Below are positions 48,027-57,100 of a stretch of 64,000 nucleotides of DNA, in pieces (position 1 is the first letter of the stretch; each line of letters opens with the position of its first letter). The DNA lies in assembly GCA_028279595.1 (NCBI GenBank), contig JANQNK010000020.1:128001-192000 (forward strand), given 5' to 3'. The position numbers and the translations under genes are program-made. Below the pieces are notes generated by a model, which was not told where the DNA came from, did not search any database, and worked only from the letters and a program-made list of their open reading frames with translations. The stretch comes from Thermoplasmatota archaeon (GTDB lineage Archaea > Thermoplasmatota > JAKEGO01).

Positions 48027-48836
48027 TCAGAGCTTCGGGTGGCCCACCGAGCTCATGTAGATGACGGCCTCCTCCTCGCCGTCCACACCCACAAGGTGGT
48101 TCGACTCGCCGTCGAAGAGCGCGCCGATCTGGCATGTCGCCAGGTTGATGGCAACGGCCGCCAGGGCGAGGTTCTCCGCGATATGGCCCACATCCATGTA
48201 GACGTACCTGTAACCTCTCTGGCCGTACTTGAACAGCGTCCGCGCGAAAATGGCCGTCCATACGATCGTGGCTGGAGCCTCTGCTGCCATCATCTGGCCG
48301 AGCGCTGCCTGGGCAGCCTCTCCGCCCACCGACCCGGACCTTACCTCCTCGAGGTGGTGGCCCTTGATGTTGTAGTGATAGACCCCCTGTTCGACGCCGT
48401 CGACGTTGTTCACGACGATGTATGTCTCGATGGGATACAGTGCGCCGGCCGATGGAGCCGTCCGCAGCCTTTCGACCCTCGCGGAAACACGGAGCCCGGT
48501 CGATGACCAGAGCAGGAAGGACAGGTCGTCGAGCGCTAGGGACCTGTTCTCGTAGTGGCGGACGCTCCTCCGATCCCGAAGGACCACGTCCATCGATAGT
48601 GTCCCCCACCTGTTCGGCTCCGGGAGCTCCACCTTCCGGGCCTCGGGATACTGCTTGTATTGAGCGGGCCTCCTGATGGAGCGCTCCTTGGTCCCGGAGA
48701 CCCCGTCCCTGGAGTACCTGGTCTCCCTGTGGAACCTGTCGCCTACGCCCTCGTCGTCCTTTCCGAACGTGCCGGTCACCGTATCTGTAATGGGACTATG
48801 GATATTAGAACGTAACCCGAAAGGACCGATGATCAC
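48027..48836 (-). CDS. SagB/ThcOx-type nitroreductase family dehydrogenase
   Basis: RRSVR, RTAPSAGALYPIETY, KYGQRGYRY, GHIAENL; start may be GTG 48779. Confidence 0.92.
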   Translation of the reverse strand: MIIGPFGLRSNIHSPITDTVTGTFGKDDEGVGDRFHRETRYSRDGVSGTKERSIRRPAQYKQYPEARKVELPEPNRWGTLSMDVVLRDRRSVRHYENRSLALDDLSFLLWSSTGLRVSARVERLRTAPSAGALYPIETYIVVNNVDGVEQGVYHYNIKGHHLEEVRSGSVGGEAAQAALGQMMAAEAPATIVWTAIFARTLFKYGQRGYRYVYMDVGHIAENLALAAVAINLATCQIGALFDGESNHLVGVDGEEEAVIYMSSVGHPKL

Positions 48837-49906
48837 GGCTTCAGTCGTTTCAGGGTGTACTCCAGCACGCGGCCGACGGCTTCGAGGCTCTTCCCCGAGA
48901 CCTTGTCTGGGGTGTCCTCCTGGGTGTGCCAGTAGTTCTCGGTCTCGTCCGGGTACTGGAAGTCGATGAGGTCAATGGCGGGGATGCCCCGGTCTATGAA
49001 CGGGTTGTGGTCGTCCCCGATGTACTGGCCGTCCTCGTCGACGAACTGCTTCACACCGAGCTTCTCAGCATTGGACCAGATGATGTCCATCAACTCCTCG
49101 TCGCTCTCCATGGAGTACAGCTCGCGGGGGATACGAAGTTCGGCGTCGCCGACCATGTCCACGACGATGACGTGCGCGATCTCCTCGACCTCGAGCGGAT
49201 CGAGGTTCTCGGCGTAGTAACGGCTCCCGTAGAACATGCTGCTTGCAGCGGGTCCTGAGTCCTCTCCATCCGTGAAGAGGAACTTGATCGTGAACGGGAG
49301 GTCCTCGTCCTTCAGGACCCTTCCGAGTTCCAGGAGCACCGCCACCCCCGAGGCTCCGTCGTTGGCCCCGACGATGGGCTTGTAGTAGTCCTCGTGGTCC
49401 GTCGGCCTCTTGCCGGGAGGCTGCTTTGCGTTCCTGTCCGAATATGGCCTCGTGTCGTAGTGGGCGATGAGCAGGATCGTCGGGTCGCCGGTATCCCTGC
49501 TCTCCTTCCAGGCGATGACGTTGGAGAACGGGGTTCCGTCCCAGTCGCCGTACCATCCAGTGAAGTTCTGGTACCTCGTCCGGTACCCGTACCCCTTCAT
49601 CGTGTCCTTGATCTCCTGGGCGACGGCCCGCTGGGCCGAGGTGTTCGGGGTCCTGAACCCGGCGTCGCACTGCCATTCCACGTGCTCGTAGGCCTTCTCC
49701 CCCGAGAACTCGAGGTTGTCGTAGGGCTCGTCCTCATCATCCGTCGTCAGAAGTGAGTACGCGGCGAGGGAGACCAATGCAGCGATGACGAGGACCGCCG
49801 CTATGACCATGAAAGTGTTGGGTGAACTCGTCTTCATGGGCCGGCGCGCCTTCGACCTGCCCTTGGCCTTCTCCTTCGGGGCCTCCTCGGCCTCCTCCCT
49901 GTACAT
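48833..49906 (-). CDS. M28 family peptidase / glutaminyl cyclase-like, membrane-anchored
   Basis: AHYDTR, GANDGASG, DGED, DMVG, DDH.PF, WHT.EDT. Confidence 0.9.
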   Translation of the reverse strand: MYREEAEEAPKEKAKGRSKARRPMKTSSPNTFMVIAAVLVIAALVSLAAYSLLTTDDEDEPYDNLEFSGEKAYEHVEWQCDAGFRTPNTSAQRAVAQEIKDTMKGYGYRTRYQNFTGWYGDWDGTPFSNVIAWKESRDTGDPTILLIAHYDTRPYSDRNAKQPPGKRPTDHEDYYKPIVGANDGASGVAVLLELGRVLKDEDLPFTIKFLFTDGEDSGPAASSMFYGSRYYAENLDPLEVEEIAHVIVVDMVGDAELRIPRELYSMESDEELMDIIWSNAEKLGVKQFVDEDGQYIGDDHNPFIDRGIPAIDLIDFQYPDETENYWHTQEDTPDKVSGKSLEAVGRVLEYTLKRLKP

Positions 49907-49925
49907 CTTGCGTCGCTTCGCCAGG

Positions 49926-51257
49926 TCACCGCCCCCTTGAGAGCCGTCTTATCAGGGCGTCTGCCGCGCTGGCCATCGGATTGACGCACTCGCTTGCGAG
50001 GGGCGCGTAGCACCAGTCCGTGGTGGCCAGATCGTATGCTGTCAGTCCCGAGGTCACCGCGAGTGCGATGTAGTTGACCGTCTCCGATACCCCGTGGGGT
50101 CCGAAGACCTGACCGCCGACGATCCGTCCGGTGTCCGAGAGAGCCGTAAGTTTGATGGTGATCCTGTCGTCAGATATGTAATGGGGCCTGAGGTGTGACT
50201 GCATCTTGACCGAGATGGTCTCGAATCCGTCCTTGGCCGCCCTGCCGTCGGTCAATGCTGCCCCGCCCGCATGGAATGTGTGGGTCGCGACCACCCAGGA
50301 ACCCAGTGCTCCTGGGAACGACGCCTTTCCTCCGGCCATGTTCACCCCTGCTACCCTCCCCTGGCGTGTGGCCACCCCTGCGAGCCGCATCGGCGAGGGC
50401 TTCTCGCTGACGAGGTCGATGGTGTCGACGCAGTCCCCGGCGGCGTAGACGCCGCTCACCGTCGTCGTCATCAGATTGCTCACGAGGATACCGCCGTGCT
50501 CGCCGATGTCGCAGCCTATCGACCGGGCGAGCCCTATCTCGGGGACCACTCCGGTCGCGAGCACCACCAGGTTGGCGCCGATCTCCTCGTTGCCGGCCAG
50601 TACGCCCGTGACATGACCGTCGCCGACGATCCTCTCGAGCATGGCGTCCGTAACGATCCTGACGCCCTCCTCCTCGAGTGCCGCCGCCACGTTCTTCGAG
50701 ATGTCCGGGTCCAGCGAGGCCGGGAGGAGTTCCGGGGCCATCTCCACGAGCACCGTCTCGATCCCACGTCCGGCAAGTTCCGACGCGGTCTCCACGCCGA
50801 TGGCGCTGCCGCCGACGACCACCGCTTTAGTGGCAGTCTCCGCTGACGAGATGATCCCCCGGGCGTGCTCCGGTGTCTTGAGGACGTGGACGTTCTCGAG
50901 GTCGGTCCCGTCGACTGGCGGGACCATGGGCCGTGTGCCTGTTGCGATGAGCAATGAATCATAATTGAACGTGAGTTCGCCATCCTGGCCGACCGCGCCC
51001 ACCGTCCTCCGGTCGGGATCGATGTCGGTCACCGTCGTCCCGTTGAGGAGCTTGACCTTCCTGTACCTGGCCTGCTCCACGACGTTGGCGAGTTCCAGGT
51101 TCCCTCCGATGGCGAAGGGGAGGGAGCAGGGGTGGTAGATGTCGTGTCCTCCAGAGTTGATGACCGTGATGTCCGCCTCCCTGTCGGTGAGGGAAGCGTA
51201 GCCCGCGGCGGTCATGCCCGCCGGGCCGTGTCCGATGATAACGATTCGTCGCGCCAT
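49926..51257 (-). CDS. FAD-dependent pyridine nucleotide-disulfide oxidoreductase (NADH oxidase/CoA-disulfide reductase-like)
   Basis: GHGPAG, single redox Cys YHPCSLP, ATG, GGSAIG, YAAGD, CYAP. Confidence 0.9.
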   Translation of the reverse strand: MARRIVIIGHGPAGMTAAGYASLTDREADITVINSGGHDIYHPCSLPFAIGGNLELANVVEQARYRKVKLLNGTTVTDIDPDRRTVGAVGQDGELTFNYDSLLIATGTRPMVPPVDGTDLENVHVLKTPEHARGIISSAETATKAVVVGGSAIGVETASELAGRGIETVLVEMAPELLPASLDPDISKNVAAALEEEGVRIVTDAMLERIVGDGHVTGVLAGNEEIGANLVVLATGVVPEIGLARSIGCDIGEHGGILVSNLMTTTVSGVYAAGDCVDTIDLVSEKPSPMRLAGVATRQGRVAGVNMAGGKASFPGALGSWVVATHTFHAGGAALTDGRAAKDGFETISVKMQSHLRPHYISDDRITIKLTALSDTGRIVGGQVFGPHGVSETVNYIALAVTSGLTAYDLATTDWCYAPLASECVNPMASAADALIRRLSRGR

Positions 51258-51302
51258 GGCTCCTCGTGTCGGAATGCCCATGTCCCCATATAATCGATTT
51301 GG

Positions 51303-52364
51303 TCAGATGCCCGCTGCCTCGAGCACCCTCTTCACCGATCCCTCGGCGTCCATCTTCGGGGGGATCAGCGCGTGCGCCTTGTCATACCCTCTCCGGAGAT
51401 CGATCTTCTTCTGGTCCTGGTGCGCCCAGTGCCTCTCGCCGAAGTGCTTCCGTGCAAGGTACTCCTGCTCCGTCTGTCCGGGGGTCGGCACAAGTATCGC
51501 CTTCCTTCCCATCGCTGCCAGGTCCATGAGCGTCGAGTAGCCCGACCTGGTAAGGACGATGTACGAACGGGAGAGGTATTCGGCCCTCCTGCTGGCGGAC
51601 ATATAGTCGTGGACCTCGACGCCCTTGACCGTGCGGACCTTGGCCTTCGAATCGGAGACGCCCCGGCTGACCACGATCTTCTTGTCCTTCAGCTTCCCGG
51701 TCTGCGCCATTGCCAGCTTCTCGAACTTCGTCCTCTGGGGCTCCGGACCGGAGACCGAGATGAATACATCGATGTCCTGCTCCGTTTCCACCGGCCGGAA
51801 GTCCGTGAGGATCCCTACGTACTCGATCTTCTTCCTGGGTACGAGGTCGAGGTCGTGGGACAGTATCCCAGTGAGATTTCGCTCGTCCTCGTCCGGTATC
51901 AGATATCTCTCGAACTTGTCCGAGAAGTCGGCGACGAACTTCTCGCTCTTCCTCTCGAAGGTCTTGATGTTCTTCGGTGCGAGGAAGCGCATCTGGTGCG
52001 TCATGAGATATGACGGCTTCCGCTCCAGGTAGACGCCGTACCTGTTGTCCGAGATGACCCTGTCGAACTTGATCCTGCGGTGCATCCTCTCCACGGCCTC
52101 GTGCTCGGCCTTGATGCCCTTGAAAAGTCCGGGAAGGGATGTCAGGAACTTCGCGTAGAACGTCATCTTGCTTCCCGTGTACGGGGACGGGTAGTCCGGA
52201 AGGTCGTGGACCTTGACTTCGGTCTCCCGCTTCATCATGGAGAGCGCCCTGCCGGAGGTGACGACGTGGACCTCGTGTCCCTCCTCTGTCAACTGCCGGA
52301 TGACAGGCAATGAACGTGATGCGTGGCCGAGTCCCCATGTGCAGATGCCGTAGAGAATCTTCAC
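51303..52364 (-). CDS. GT-B glycosyltransferase (GT28-like)
   Basis: WGLGHASR, ISDNRYG, SGPEPQR, RSGYSTLMD, PTPGQTEQEYLA. Confidence 0.9.
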   Translation of the reverse strand: MKILYGICTWGLGHASRSLPVIRQLTEEGHEVHVVTSGRALSMMKRETEVKVHDLPDYPSPYTGSKMTFYAKFLTSLPGLFKGIKAEHEAVERMHRRIKFDRVISDNRYGVYLERKPSYLMTHQMRFLAPKNIKTFERKSEKFVADFSDKFERYLIPDEDERNLTGILSHDLDLVPRKKIEYVGILTDFRPVETEQDIDVFISVSGPEPQRTKFEKLAMAQTGKLKDKKIVVSRGVSDSKAKVRTVKGVEVHDYMSASRRAEYLSRSYIVLTRSGYSTLMDLAAMGRKAILVPTPGQTEQEYLARKHFGERHWAHQDQKKIDLRRGYDKAHALIPPKMDAEGSVKRVLEAAGI

Positions 52365-52541
52365 GGCACCTTAACGTCTGTCTGCCATTATAGTATTATC
52401 TGTACTGGGGATTCCCGCACACGTCCCCTCGGTGTGCTTCCCGCCCGCCCCAGGTATCATATCATCATGGGAAGGATGGCCCGGCTGTACAATGGCATAC
52501 ATTATCTTTTTATACATCTCAAACCTAACTTGCTAATCCTC

Positions 52542-53912
52542 ATGGACTCGGACGTTATCGTGATCGGCGCCGGTCCGGCCGGCAGCACAGCAGCCAAGTT
52601 CCTAGCAGAGAAGGGACTCGATGTGCTCATTCTGGAGAAGGACAAGCTTCCCAGGGACAAGGCCTGCGGGGGCGGGGTCGTCCGCCACATCCACAGGTTC
52701 GACTACATGAGCGATTTCATCAACGACAACCACCTCGGGGAGTGCAAGGCCCACAAGTCCTACGATCGCACCCTCAAGTATTGCGTGGAGTACCACACCG
52801 ACGACGTGATGTTCTACAACGTCCGCAGGCGCGACTTCGACCACCAGCTCGTCCAGTTCGCCCTGGAGTCCGGCGCACGGCTGGAGCAGGGTGCGGACAA
52901 CATGGTCCTCGACGTCAAGCTCGAGATGGACGGTGTGAAGGTCCACACCAGGGAGGGCGACCTGCACGCGAAGGTCGTCATCGGCGCCGGAGGCGCCATG
53001 GACCCGGTCGCGAGGTACATACGCCGTTCCGGCGGGAAGCCGGACGACATGTCGGACATGTCGATCTCACCTGTGTTCGAGTACCCGGTCGAGCAGTCCT
53101 ACGTCGAGGAGACATATCCCGATTACATGTCCTACTTCCACCACGGCTTCGACGACTCGGTCTATGCCTGGGTCTTCCCCAAGCGGGAGATGCTCAACAT
53201 CGGAGTCTGGCCGAAGCCGGGTATTCGGGTCAACCCGAAGGAGAAGCTGCAGACATACGTCGACCACCTCTACTCGGTCGACCTGATGCCCGAGGAGTAC
53301 ACGGTCGACAAGTACCTCGGTGCACCCCTCCCATCGGCAGGTCCGGTGGACGTCACTTACGATCACAGGATGATAATTGTCGGTGACGCGGCGAGGCTAG
53401 TCTCGCCGCTCACCGGCGAGGGCATATACTACGCGATGGAGTCGGGCCGCATGGCCGCCCTCAGCATCGAGGAGGCACTGGCCAAGGGAAGCCCGAACGC
53501 GAGCGCACTGGCTCCGTACCAGGAGATGTGGGAGTCCACCTTCGGCGCGGACCTGAGGGCCATGAAGAGCTACGCCCGCGATGTCGCGAACCACGGCACC
53601 ATGCTCATCAAGATGGCCTCCGACGACAAGCAGCTCAAGGGGCTGTTCGCCAACCTGTTCATGGGGACCGTCGGCGCCGCAGGGATGCGGAGCAAGGTCA
53701 TGATGCGCCTCGCCATCGACGTGCCGATGGACATCCTCAAGACCATCAATCCGCTGAGCCACCGGAAACCGGGCGAGCGCTCGCCACATACGGACAGGTT
53801 CGAGGAACCCCCCATCGACGGGCCGGAGGACGAGGAGCCGGAGGAGGATCTCCCGGACGACGGGATCAGACCGCCGGAAGGTCCTGACAGCGGACCAGTG
53901 GCAGAGACGTGA
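52542..53912 (+). CDS. Geranylgeranyl reductase family protein with acidic Pro-rich tail
   Basis: GAGPAGS, PRDKACGGG, RRDFD, YAWVFPK, VGDAA..VSPLTGEGIYYAMESG. Confidence 0.9.
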   Translation: MDSDVIVIGAGPAGSTAAKFLAEKGLDVLILEKDKLPRDKACGGGVVRHIHRFDYMSDFINDNHLGECKAHKSYDRTLKYCVEYHTDDVMFYNVRRRDFDHQLVQFALESGARLEQGADNMVLDVKLEMDGVKVHTREGDLHAKVVIGAGGAMDPVARYIRRSGGKPDDMSDMSISPVFEYPVEQSYVEETYPDYMSYFHHGFDDSVYAWVFPKREMLNIGVWPKPGIRVNPKEKLQTYVDHLYSVDLMPEEYTVDKYLGAPLPSAGPVDVTYDHRMIIVGDAARLVSPLTGEGIYYAMESGRMAALSIEEALAKGSPNASALAPYQEMWESTFGADLRAMKSYARDVANHGTMLIKMASDDKQLKGLFANLFMGTVGAAGMRSKVMMRLAIDVPMDILKTINPLSHRKPGERSPHTDRFEEPPIDGPEDEEPEEDLPDDGIRPPEGPDSGPVAET

Positions 53913-54179
53913 ACCACAGTTGGATCATTCCTTCCTAGCGAATGCGCTCGATGACGTCCGATGGATGTCATCAACGCGTGTCACCCGAAGATCCCGGAAC
54001 GACAGCTGACATCCCCGATGACGAAGAGGTTGATGCCGATACGTATCTCCAGCTGGCTCGATGAGCCAGCAATCTACCCAAAGGTCTTTATCGTGACGCA
54101 TCGCTTACTTTAACGGGGAACGGTCGGCAATGCGACAACAGGACCAATTCCATTGCTATGACCGTGCAGAGGTGATGAG

Positions 54180-57100
54180 ATGCGACATCATTGGAAATTC
54201 AGCGCCCTATTCGTAGCGGCGCTCTTCTTCGGTCAGATATCGTTCGGAATGGTCTCCTACATGCCGGTCTCGACCCGTTCGAGCGGGCCGGTGGCGGTCG
54301 GGGACCTGACATATCATGATGGATATCCTGACCTGTCGAACGTGACCGGGACGACCGGGTCGGAGCCTTCCTTCTACATGATAGGGGACATGATCAACGC
54401 CGCCAACGGTAATCTCTTCCTCCAGTCGACGGACATAGCAGTGCTAGGGAAGGCGTATACCCTGGAGGTCGTCAGGACCTACAATTCGTACCTGAGGGAG
54501 CGTGACTCGCCGTTCGGCCACGGATGGACCCACAACTACGGCATGGCCCTGGAGGTGAATTCGACCAGGGCACTTCTCTTCGAGGGGGACGGCTCGATCC
54601 ACGAGCTCGCCAGGATCGGAGATGATTTCACCCCGCCCGAGGCCAAACATGTCAACCTGACCATCGAACAGGATGGGTCCTACAGGTTGCGGTCCCTCGA
54701 CGGCCGTGTATTCGCATTCAATGATACCGGGGTCTTCATGAACGAGACCGATAGGAACGGGAACATGCTGACCCTCACATACACTGGAAGCCGTCTCACC
54801 TCGGTGATGGACGACACCGGGATCGACCTGACGTTCGATTGGACCGGCGATCATATCACTTCGGTCACGGAGTCGGGACTCGACCGGAAGGTGTGGTACA
54901 ACTACTCGGATGGCAACCTGACCGATTGGTCGGATGCTACCGGGAACACCACACTGTACGGTTACAGTCATGACTCCACACACACCTTGACATCGGTCGT
55001 GAACCGTGAGGACGAGATAATCCTCTTCGATTACCGGGTCGAGACGGGGGATGACGAGGGCTATATGGTCAACAAGGTGCGCAAGGGCGTCTACAACAGG
55101 ACCAACACCACCGCATGGAACCTATTCACCGCCATGACCGTGGGATACTCGAACGGGACTACGTCATATACGAGGGGAGGAGCCTTGATATCGATCGAGC
55201 TCGACGAGGATGGACGGTGGACGAACCGCACGAACCCTGCCGGCCATGTCATGACGAATTCGTATACGAACGGTCTCCTGACCTCGTACGAGAACGAGAT
55301 GGGCGATCTATGGACATATGTCTACGATGACAACGGGCTCCTCATCGAGGAGACCGATCCCATGGGGAACACCACATACAACAATTGGACCGTCATGCAC
55401 AACGATACCTTGTTCCTCGCGGTGATCGTCAACACGACCGACTGGCGCGGGTCAACCACCGAGTACGGTTATGACGGCAGCTGGAACATGAACAGGACGA
55501 CCGACGCGCGTATGAACCACACCTATTGGGGTCTCGACGCCGACGGGTTCGTGACGAGCGTCACCCCCCCTGGACTGGGAACGTCGGTCTTCACGCGCAA
55601 CTCGATCGGCCAGGTAACGAACAGGACCGATCCACTCGATAATTCCAACCTTTACGAATATGACAATGCCAACCGACTGGTCAATCAGACCGACCCGAAC
55701 GGTGGATCAACGCTGATCGAGTACGACATGCTGGACCGTCCCGTCAGGACCACGGATGCCATGGGGAACACCACGCGGTTCACATACGACGCCGAGGGAC
55801 GGATGGTCAAGAGGGTCGACGTCAGAGGCGGTGTCCACACCTTCGATGCAGCCTCGGAAGACGGTCCAGCCAGCGTCACGGACCCGGACATGGGGACCAC
55901 CACGGTGGTCTACGACCAGTACGGCAACGTGAGGTCGAGGACGGGACCTGACAACACGACACACCGGACCGAATACGACGATCTCGGCAACCTGGTAAAG
56001 GTCACCGACAAGCTCGGCAACGAGGAGCGGATGCGGTACGACCGCATCGGCAGGTTGATCAGGTACACCGATGCAAGGGGTGCAGTCACCAGATACCAGT
56101 ACGACCCGCTCGGAAGGCCCGTTCTCATCACTGACGCCCTGGGCGGCCAGACCCGGTTCATCTACGATGCTGGCGGGAACATACTCACCCTGAAGGATAC
56201 GCTTGGACGGACCACCAGCACGGTCTACGATGAGCTAGGCAGAGCGGTCAAGATAACCGATGACAACGGAAGGTCCTCGCGATACAACTACACAGCGTAT
56301 GGAAGGATATCCCGGGCGACCGACCCACTCGGAGGGTGGGTCCAGTATCTTTACGACGATTCAGGTCGCCTGACCAGGGTCCGGAACGCACTGAACCATT
56401 CGGTCCGCTACACCTACGACGGTAACGACAACGTGCTGACGTTCACCGACCCGAACGGGAACGATTGGGAATACGTGTATGACAGGCTAGACAGGATCAC
56501 AGAGATCACCGATCCTCTCGGCAATTACACCCGGTATCGCTACGATGCTGCCGGGAACACCGTATTGGTCAGGGACACACGTGGGTCGAGGGTCCATTAT
56601 ACCTACGACAGCATGGACCGGGTCATCTCCGTTCGCGATCCCTTGGACGGTTACACGAACTACACCTACAACAAGGCCGGCTTCCCGGTACTGGTGACGG
56701 ATCCGATGAACCTGACGACGACCCATTCCTATGACGATGCGGGGCGGCGGACCTCTGTTACCGACCCCGGTGGAAACACCACTCATTTCCGGTACAATGC
56801 CGTCGGCGACCTTAGGGCGATCACATATTCGGATTCCACAAGCGTTCGCTTCTGGTACGATGCCCTCGGGAGGATGACCAGGGCCCTAGATCAGGTCTCC
56901 GCATTGCATACCTACACCTATGATGCGATGGGCCGCAGGACATCGGAGACCGATCCGCACGGCCATTCGACGACCTGGACGTACGACGACGCCAACCGCA
57001 CAGTGATCGAGACGGATGCGGACGCGAACCGGACCCTGACCGTCAGGGATCCCCTCGGCCAGGTCATCGAGGTGAGGGACTCCCTCGGAAGGTCGATAGA

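Noticed and set aside
48027-48836. SagB-type dehydrogenase as part of a RiPP (TOMM) cluster
   Set aside because: No YcaO or precursor peptide nearby; stand-alone SagB-like nitroreductases are common in archaea.
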